From: a bacterium
GTDB lineage: Bacteria > Auribacterota > JABMQX01
Length of the DNA stretch: 64,000 nt
Reading direction: 5' to 3'
Assembly: GCA_030691545.1 (NCBI GenBank)
Contig: JAUYEE010000291.1
Coordinates: forward strand, 147 to 64,146
Shown piece after piece: positions 58,901 to 64,000 of the stretch. Both the position numbers and the translations under genes were made by a program. Numbering within the stretch: position 1 is the stretch's first letter; every line of letters starts with the position of its first letter. The notes under the pieces were generated by a model. The model had not been told where the DNA came from. It ran no database searches and was given only the letters and a program-made list of their open reading frames with translations.

Positions 58901-61160
58901 TGGAAGCGCTGTCGCTTATGACGTTGTATCCGCGTGCGAGGTGCTCTCCGTCGGAGTAAGGCTCGCCGGCGGAGGGCAGTTTGCCGTCCTGGGAGATGGG
59001 AATGTAGTTGCTGCCTTGATTTCGAATCGCAACAACGACGCCCGGGGAGAGGGAAAGAGTCCCGGTGAACTGGAGGGTAACGTTGTCAACGAAAACGTCA
59101 ACCCGGTTGTGGTGGTATCCGATGTCCAGCGGACCGGTATCGTAAGCCGTCTTGGTCCAGGTGGTGTTGCCGGGCGATGCCGAGCTGCCGTAGACCTGGT
59201 CTTTCTCGCCTGGCGCAGCCCCGTAGGGGGGCGCAATGACGGTATAGGTATCTCCGGGAAACACGTTCTGGGCGTTGGTCTCGCTGCCGTTGTCGCGCAC
59301 GAGCTTGCCGCCGCCATCCTCATCGTTGATGTAGTAGTCGCCGAGGTCCGGGACGTTCAGGTCGTCTGCCGCTGTGGCGTACGGATTCACAGAAAGTTGC
59401 AAGTTGTTTCCGCCACTTGGGACACCGTACCAGGGGTATTGACAATTGTAGAAGCGATTGTGGTGCATGCTGAAGTTGTAGTTCAGCGAGCCATATACGC
59501 CGTAGGTGCTGCCGGTCAGGAGGTTGTCCTTGACCTCATAGGCGCAGGTGTCGTAAGCATAGACGCCCCAATTGCACAGGTCTATCGTATTGTTGGCTAC
59601 GAACCCGTTCTCCGGGGACGTGCGGGTGGTCTCGTAAAGGGAGATGCCGCTGTACGAATCCGCGACGAGGTTGTTGAAGCAGGCGACGTTGCAGTGGTCA
59701 AGGGTGATGCCCGTATCGTAGACGTGCATGACGATGTTGTTGGCGACCGGCAAGGTGAGATTCACTCCATAGTCGTAGACGCCGTACGCGGGATAGGCGA
59801 TTTTGCACTGGCTGACCTCGGAGTCCGTTGAGGAGCCATTGGCGAGGTAAACGGCCATGTAGTAGTCATCCGGCTGGGGGTTGCCGCCCGAGCCGGGGAC
59901 TGTCTCGCCGCAACTGTTGTCATTGGAGCTGGTGAACGTGATGAAATTCCAGGGTTCGCCCCGCGCGAGAAGCTTTCCGCTTACCGATAACCAGCCGTTC
60001 GGTTTGAACTTGACGGTCGTCCCTGGTTCGATGGTGAGGGTGCCGTTCACATAGACAGGTCCCTCGACGACGTAGGTATTCCTTGCCTCCCAGGTTTGGT
60101 CCTGGATGGAGCCGCCGGAGACAAAGACAAGGTAGTCGAGGAGGACCGGGAAAGAGGCGCCGAAGAAAAGGCTGTAAGGGATGGTCTCCACGAGGAACGT
60201 CTCGCCGTTGGCGTCCCTCGCGACACATTTCTCGACCCAGTCGGATCGCCGGAGGGCGCCGGCAGCGGGAGAATCGTACGCGCGCGAGCGGATGAAAGAG
60301 AAAAGGGAAGCGTTCGCCCCGGGTGCGTAGCAGGATAGCTCGCAGAGCGGCTCAGTGACCGCGCCCGGAGAGGGCAGTGGCACTTCTCCACGCAGCGTTT
60401 TCAGGCGAAGGTCGCACTCCGCGGCTAACTCGTCAAAGTTGACCTTGCTATACACGGAGAGCTTCGCGGTATTAGGGTCGAGTCCATCGGGTAGAACCGG
60501 CCGTGCGCTGAAAACCACGTTCTGGTGAAGTTCGCCGTAGCCCACGACGTATTCCACGTGCGTTCCCACGCCTAATGCGTCCGCGAAGGAGACAAGCGAC
60601 GAGTTGCCTTCCGGCGCCCGCGCCTGTGCATCGGCGTCCAGAGATGCGAGCTGCTCCGACTTCGCGGCATCCCACACGATGATCCGGGAAGGGCACGCAC
60701 GCAGACTCACGCCGTTCACAGCGAGCACAGCGCCTGCGTTCGCCTTTGCTCCCACTGACACTGAGAAGGAGTTTCTGTCCGCGACGTAGCCCTCGGGCGT
60801 GGGTCGGAACTCGGGGACCGAGGGGACCATCACCCCGGGTGAAACCTCATAGCACAGGTTGGTTGCCGTATGAACGATCCGGTTTTCAGTCTCGCGGTGC
60901 TCAATCCTGCCATCGGGATAAGTGACCTCGAGATCGCGAACGATCCCAAAAACACGGGTGCTCCTGTCTCTTAACGAGAGGATTTCGCCGGGTTCGCGGC
61001 AGGCTAAGACGTTGACGGTTGGAGCAACAGAGCTCATCGGCTCATCTGAATCGCTCGCCGTAAGTCGCCCTCCCCCAGAGAGTTGCAGAATGAGAAGTGC
61101 GGTTGCGGAAAGGAGAATGGACAAACGAATCCCCGTGCTTTTGAAGTTGCTCTTTTTCAT
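55926..61160 (-). CDS. Very large secreted multidomain protein (beta-helix, LamG-like, NHL repeats)
   Basis: Signal peptide. 'GTLTIEPGTTVKF...PWNFITFTS' beta-helix, LamG-like 'WHHVAMTWDG...LYYDG', NHL 'GPWGLALD...YVVDEANDRIQVF'. Confidence 0.85.
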   Translation of the reverse strand: MKKSNFKSTGIRLSILLSATALLILQLSGGGRLTASDSDEPMSSVAPTVNVLACREPGEILSLRDRSTRVFGIVRDLEVTYPDGRIEHRETENRIVHTATNLCYEVSPGVMVPSVPEFRPTPEGYVADRNSFSVSVGAKANAGAVLAVNGVSLRACPSRIIVWDAAKSEQLASLDADAQARAPEGNSSLVSFADALGVGTHVEYVVGYGELHQNVVFSARPVLPDGLDPNTAKLSVYSKVNFDELAAECDLRLKTLRGEVPLPSPGAVTEPLCELSCYAPGANASLFSFIRSRAYDSPAAGALRRSDWVEKCVARDANGETFLVETIPYSLFFGASFPVLLDYLVFVSGGSIQDQTWEARNTYVVEGPVYVNGTLTIEPGTTVKFKPNGWLSVSGKLLARGEPWNFITFTSSNDNSCGETVPGSGGNPQPDDYYMAVYLANGSSTDSEVSQCKIAYPAYGVYDYGVNLTLPVANNIVMHVYDTGITLDHCNVACFNNLVADSYSGISLYETTRTSPENGFVANNTIDLCNWGVYAYDTCAYEVKDNLLTGSTYGVYGSLNYNFSMHHNRFYNCQYPWYGVPSGGNNLQLSVNPYATAADDLNVPDLGDYYINDEDGGGKLVRDNGSETNAQNVFPGDTYTVIAPPYGAAPGEKDQVYGSSASPGNTTWTKTAYDTGPLDIGYHHNRVDVFVDNVTLQFTGTLSLSPGVVVAIRNQGSNYIPISQDGKLPSAGEPYSDGEHLARGYNVISDSASMSMKIESPFRGDATNPRIFLLGAPSRVNYTIFQWLGNPGLYLAGALSTPLFHNVFALCSLGVYADERDDQFNNNLFCENDVGCYVLRGHYTLYNSTLDRNSRGIEYQRGSYSALTVKDSLFTHNSTGIYLSGSSGDLLDSYNAFYGNTLRIWDSTTGQPVDPGLNSINLVSSPYSAPTSPDWTARYRLNQDCPLIDAGSRTSIEPGLDIFTTASDGRPDFGSVPEGEKGNTVDIGYHFPIGGPEGILYQGYRQTDIALRWNNMTDGCLRAFSFDGHARDEMGNEDGVASSLTYGYYRYTGSDPYRAKYDYNQCAIFDGSTRKVNIGNAPDLQMGQMGSGTISAWVYATGQGDGASPTIFFKGANDGEASRWLCLTDVSTQNGTARLYGYIRWTTPAEATSAPFPFLKTVSERRWHHVAMTWDGASSPHPLRLYYDGEEVASSSGSGSLVPDSNHNALIGATLVGGQEGNHFKGYVADVFIYKRVLLADEIRCLALNGDYYPGHPEEEWLVTPNTSAMGEYENFPLGQMQSAVYAVEDSQNNIWVSEFGVPRVTKLNQLGEISASIGGKKFEVDETDPELEGPDRCFYGPWGLALDAQNRLYVVDEANDRIQVFNAEGDFQSRYVWGSDGADDGQFNFPICVAVRDVNDDTKWVYVNDRGNHRIQKFAFYPNQPGGPGHEHLWSVGEEFTGEDEGSRGHDQFVNLEGICCDGDGNIWVVDAGTGHDKNFLKKFRPDGTFENDPAWRIYRDYGTHDLDVIAHGVDYHAGQLYLSFGELDPDEHYYIVYDPSLPEGEETVRKWGTLGSLPTQNVSGWGSHITPRATLLSTDWLGCKVLEWNLNGSWIRTFQSSLRSDAQSIKCTNHTKYEGSPYPQGQPKQAYQTTILSQGSHKIEFLAYTDGDPVGIADVLPYAAYTGQSANQVGIVSWENYVITEVDIPNKNDCQAAYVWGTFSVPADKTALPWKVGVEVKANDSADKPRLVYIASLRCSEQ

Positions 61161-61214
61161 GGTGCCCCTCCTTCCGAATCGAGGGTTAATCATTGCCCCT
61201 TTTTCTATGGTTGC

Positions 61215-61243
61215 AACATACCACCGGTTCCCCGCGCAGTCAA
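61215..61243 (-). promoter_or_regulatory. Sigma70-type promoter
   Basis: Minus strand TTGACT (61243-61238), 17 nt, TGn-TATGTT (61220-61215). Confidence 0.6.
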
Positions 61244-61374
61244 GGCCTTTTTTCACCGCTCAACGCCCCACCCGTGTGCACGCTTACGCCTATCCAAAAA
61301 CCGCCGGATTCTGTACAATCGTGACCTCGGAGAGAGATTGGGTGTCGCAATCCTGCGGATTCTGAGGAGGGCAC

Positions 61375-62082
61375 ATGAACATCCGTGCAATGGATAAGGA
61401 CTTTGTGTTGTTCCGGTGTGTTCACTGGGGGCCGCTCAGCCCATCGAACATTGAAACCGCGCCCGCGAACATACCCGGGCTACTGGAGGGACAGTTTGAG
61501 AGGAACAGGCGATTTCTCACCCGAGTAATTGACGCTTACGGGTCGTGTGGCATGCTGGCGATGGACAGGGAGTTCGTTGTCGGCCACGTCAGATTCTATC
61601 CCCAGGCAATCTGCGACCAGCACAGATTCTGCTGCCAGGACCCGAACAACGCTATAAAGCAGGAAATGGTTGAGATGAACCTTCCTAAGATCGAGAATCC
61701 GGCGAAGCGGATTCTTCGCATTGACTGCATCCTCGTGCACGAGGATTATCGCGGACGGGGCCTCAGCCACGCTCTTCTCGACGGCGTGCTTGAATGGGCG
61801 CGAGAGCACAACTGGACGGCCGTGAGAGCCTGGGCAAGTCCTGACAATTACTGGCTCGCTTCTCAGATATGCGCCCCCATGTTGCGCACGTACCTCAAAC
61901 ATGGGTTTGAAAAGGCAGAAACCGCCCCTTCCTCTGAAATAAGAGACCTGATAAGAGACCTCTTGACGAAGATTCGAGACGGGGAAATGGGCGCCGAGAA
62001 GAAAAAGGAATTTCAACAATTCTGCGGCGGACAGGATTTATCTGAAATTGCGACCTACTACGAGGTCGAGCGGCAATTATAG
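61375..62082 (+). CDS. GNAT-family N-acetyltransferase
   Basis: Acetyl-CoA motif 'CILVHEDYRGRGLSHALL' and 'YLKHGFE'. GAGGAGG RBS. Confidence 0.85.
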   Translation: MNIRAMDKDFVLFRCVHWGPLSPSNIETAPANIPGLLEGQFERNRRFLTRVIDAYGSCGMLAMDREFVVGHVRFYPQAICDQHRFCCQDPNNAIKQEMVEMNLPKIENPAKRILRIDCILVHEDYRGRGLSHALLDGVLEWAREHNWTAVRAWASPDNYWLASQICAPMLRTYLKHGFEKAETAPSSEIRDLIRDLLTKIRDGEMGAEKKKEFQQFCGGQDLSEIATYYEVERQL

Positions 62083-62244
62083 AAGCCCCTGGTGAGGCGG
62101 AAGATTGCCGACGATGCAGGGTGGCCGCCAAGGGTGCTTCTCGCTCCTGCCGCCGTACGCTCGTGTCAAACAGGAAGCAGATTCTGGCGAGAGTGTTGCC
62201 CGGCTTCTGCAATTCACGGTAACCCGCTAAAGACCTTCTGCGCG

Positions 62245-63489
62245 TCACTTCTTCTGCCGTCGGAGCTCCTCTGCCATGGACTTGATTTCGACGAGGTCGG
62301 TGTTCATGGCGCTCCAGCCGTACCAGAGAGAGTAGTCGGGGTTGTTGTGGAACGCTCCCTGGAATGTCCGCATACGGTGCTCCATGAACATGATGAAGAG
62401 CTTTTGTTCGATGGGGGTCGGCGCATTGTGGAAGGTTAAGAGGTCCGGGAAAGCGGCGGTATATCCTTCGGGTTTCTTGAGAAGGCCGTCCCTGTAAAGG
62501 TCCGCGACTGTGCGAATAGCTTCCGCGAGAAGACGGTCGGCTCGCTTGATCATGCCGTCACCCTTCTCAAGCTCGTTCTTGACATATTTCTCTGCGTGGC
62601 ACTGCGAGCAGGTTTTGACCATCTTGTCCCGCTCTTTTTGCCAATCCTCTTGCGTCAGCCGCGCTACATTCCCCACTTTCACGACCTCGAGCCGGGGCGT
62701 AGGCTTTCCTTCCGGGTCGAGAACGCCGAGAGCCTGGAGGATTGTCGCGCGGTCCGCCGCCCACTCCTTATCCTCCGGCATGGGCAGGCGAACCGCGAGA
62801 AATCCCCACGCCGTCATGTTCGTGTGATCGCCTTTGGGCATGTGGCAGGTCTGGCAGGTCGGCGCCGCGGCGGTTTCGGGAAGAATCCCCCTGGCTTTCA
62901 ACGCATGCCGAACGCCATGCTTCGATGAGCTGTACATCTCGTATTGCGGATGGTCAAAACCCATGTGGCAGGTTTGGCAGGCTTCAGGTTGCTGAGCCTC
63001 CTTCTTCGAGAAAAGATGCCGTGTGTGGCACGAGTCGCACGAGACGACCCCGTAAGTCTCCCCTTCTTTCTTGAGCCGCTCGAGTTCCGCATCCTCCTTG
63101 AGTCCGATCTTGTGGCATCCGCCGCAGCCCTTCTTCCCTTCAATCAACTCCATCGGCTGAAAGTGAACCGTGGGCATCGCGTTCATGGCAACCCAGGCGA
63201 GGGCATGTTTCCCCTTCTTGAACTGGGTCAACTGGTCGAAATGACAGGAGCCGCAGAAGTGAGCCGTCGGGATGGTCGCCTTGTCATAGTCCTCGGCGGT
63301 CGTATGTTCCTCGCCGTGGCAGATGTCGCACGTCATCCCCAACTCGGTGTGCTTGCCTTTCTCCCAGTCGGCGACGATCTCTGGCTGAATCTTCTTGTGA
63401 CACTCGACGCAAGTTGACCCAAAGCCCTTCCCACCGACCGACAAAACCATCGCGAAACCAATCGGCAGAACGAAATGAAGCCGCAGCAT
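62245..63489 (-). CDS. Periplasmic octaheme cytochrome c, hydroxylamine oxidoreductase-like family
   Basis: Signal peptide and eight CxxCH motifs. 'CDSCHTRHLFS...CQTCHMGFDHPQYEMY..SKHG' and 'AFHNNPDY..WYGW' fit the HAO family. Confidence 0.88.
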   Translation of the reverse strand: MLRLHFVLPIGFAMVLSVGGKGFGSTCVECHKKIQPEIVADWEKGKHTELGMTCDICHGEEHTTAEDYDKATIPTAHFCGSCHFDQLTQFKKGKHALAWVAMNAMPTVHFQPMELIEGKKGCGGCHKIGLKEDAELERLKKEGETYGVVSCDSCHTRHLFSKKEAQQPEACQTCHMGFDHPQYEMYSSSKHGVRHALKARGILPETAAAPTCQTCHMPKGDHTNMTAWGFLAVRLPMPEDKEWAADRATILQALGVLDPEGKPTPRLEVVKVGNVARLTQEDWQKERDKMVKTCSQCHAEKYVKNELEKGDGMIKRADRLLAEAIRTVADLYRDGLLKKPEGYTAAFPDLLTFHNAPTPIEQKLFIMFMEHRMRTFQGAFHNNPDYSLWYGWSAMNTDLVEIKSMAEELRRQKK

Positions 63490-63820
63490 CTTCCTTCCTC
63501 CAATTTTCGGAATGTCCGGTTGTCAGGCAAAAGACGCGGCGAATTCTACGAGAAGCTCCCTGCCGTGTCAAGACGACAGTCCGGTACGAGCCCCATCAAG
63601 CGCCGCGCGTGGGAACATTCCTGGGAAGAAAGGGTCAAAAACAAGAAGAGTAACCTGACAGTCTCCCTCTGCCGTCGAGAAGCAAGCAGGCTGCCCGTTA
63701 ACACAAGGAGAAATAGCCATGTGGACAACGAACGCGAGAGTTTTCTGTAACCTTTCGGACCCGTGCGTCGCGTTGCCCGCAAACCTGTGCGTGCAATCGG
63801 TGTTTCTGATTGTCACGTGC

Positions 63821-64000
63821 ATGGTCATCGCTCAGCTTAACCGCCTCAAGCGAGGGTCACTCTATCCATCTGTCTGGCGCCTGGGACTCACTGTAGGAGT
63901 TCTTGCCCTCTGTGCAATTGCTGTCCTCGGTCCGATCGCTGACAAGAACGCTCCTTCCGCAGCGAATGAAGAGACCGGAGAGCAAGGAACAATAGAAGAA
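63821..64000 (+). CDS. Partial CDS (5' end) of exported or membrane-anchored protein
   Basis: Open frame from ATG 63821 to the window end: MVIAQLNRLKRG...WRLGLTVGVLALCAIAVLGPIA... Confidence 0.5.
   Translation, partial: MVIAQLNRLKRGSLYPSVWRLGLTVGVLALCAIAVLGPIADKNAPSAANEETGEQGTIEE

Overview
GC-rich bacterial chromosomal window. The gene content (Tat-exported TIM-barrel proteins, ThuA-isochorismatase fusion, CotH/lamin-tail protein, octaheme cytochrome, many short palindromic repeats) suggests a PVC-like or related candidate-phylum organism, but that is inference only. It holds housekeeping genes (uvrB, mnmG, PEP carboxykinase, tRNA-Asn), carbohydrate-related genes, a diadenylate cyclase cluster, a four-gene multi-PAS signalling cluster, an ATPase plus TOPRIM-like pair and several large secreted proteins. 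The best leads are five. (1) Two adjacent in-frame ORFs (6521-7360) are separated by a single TGA in a U-x-C context with a SECIS-like hairpin, pointing to an unannotated secreted selenoprotein. (2) A conserved ~80-aa C-terminal 'RFYR' domain occurs on three secreted proteins and may be a sorting signal. (3) A promoter, structured leader and intrinsic terminator precede the 9-PAS kinase and match no riboswitch I recognise. (4) A G9 tract frameshifts a surface protein gene. (5) Palindromic repeats are inserted in frame inside proteins. I saw no CRISPR array, rRNA, integrase or transposase.
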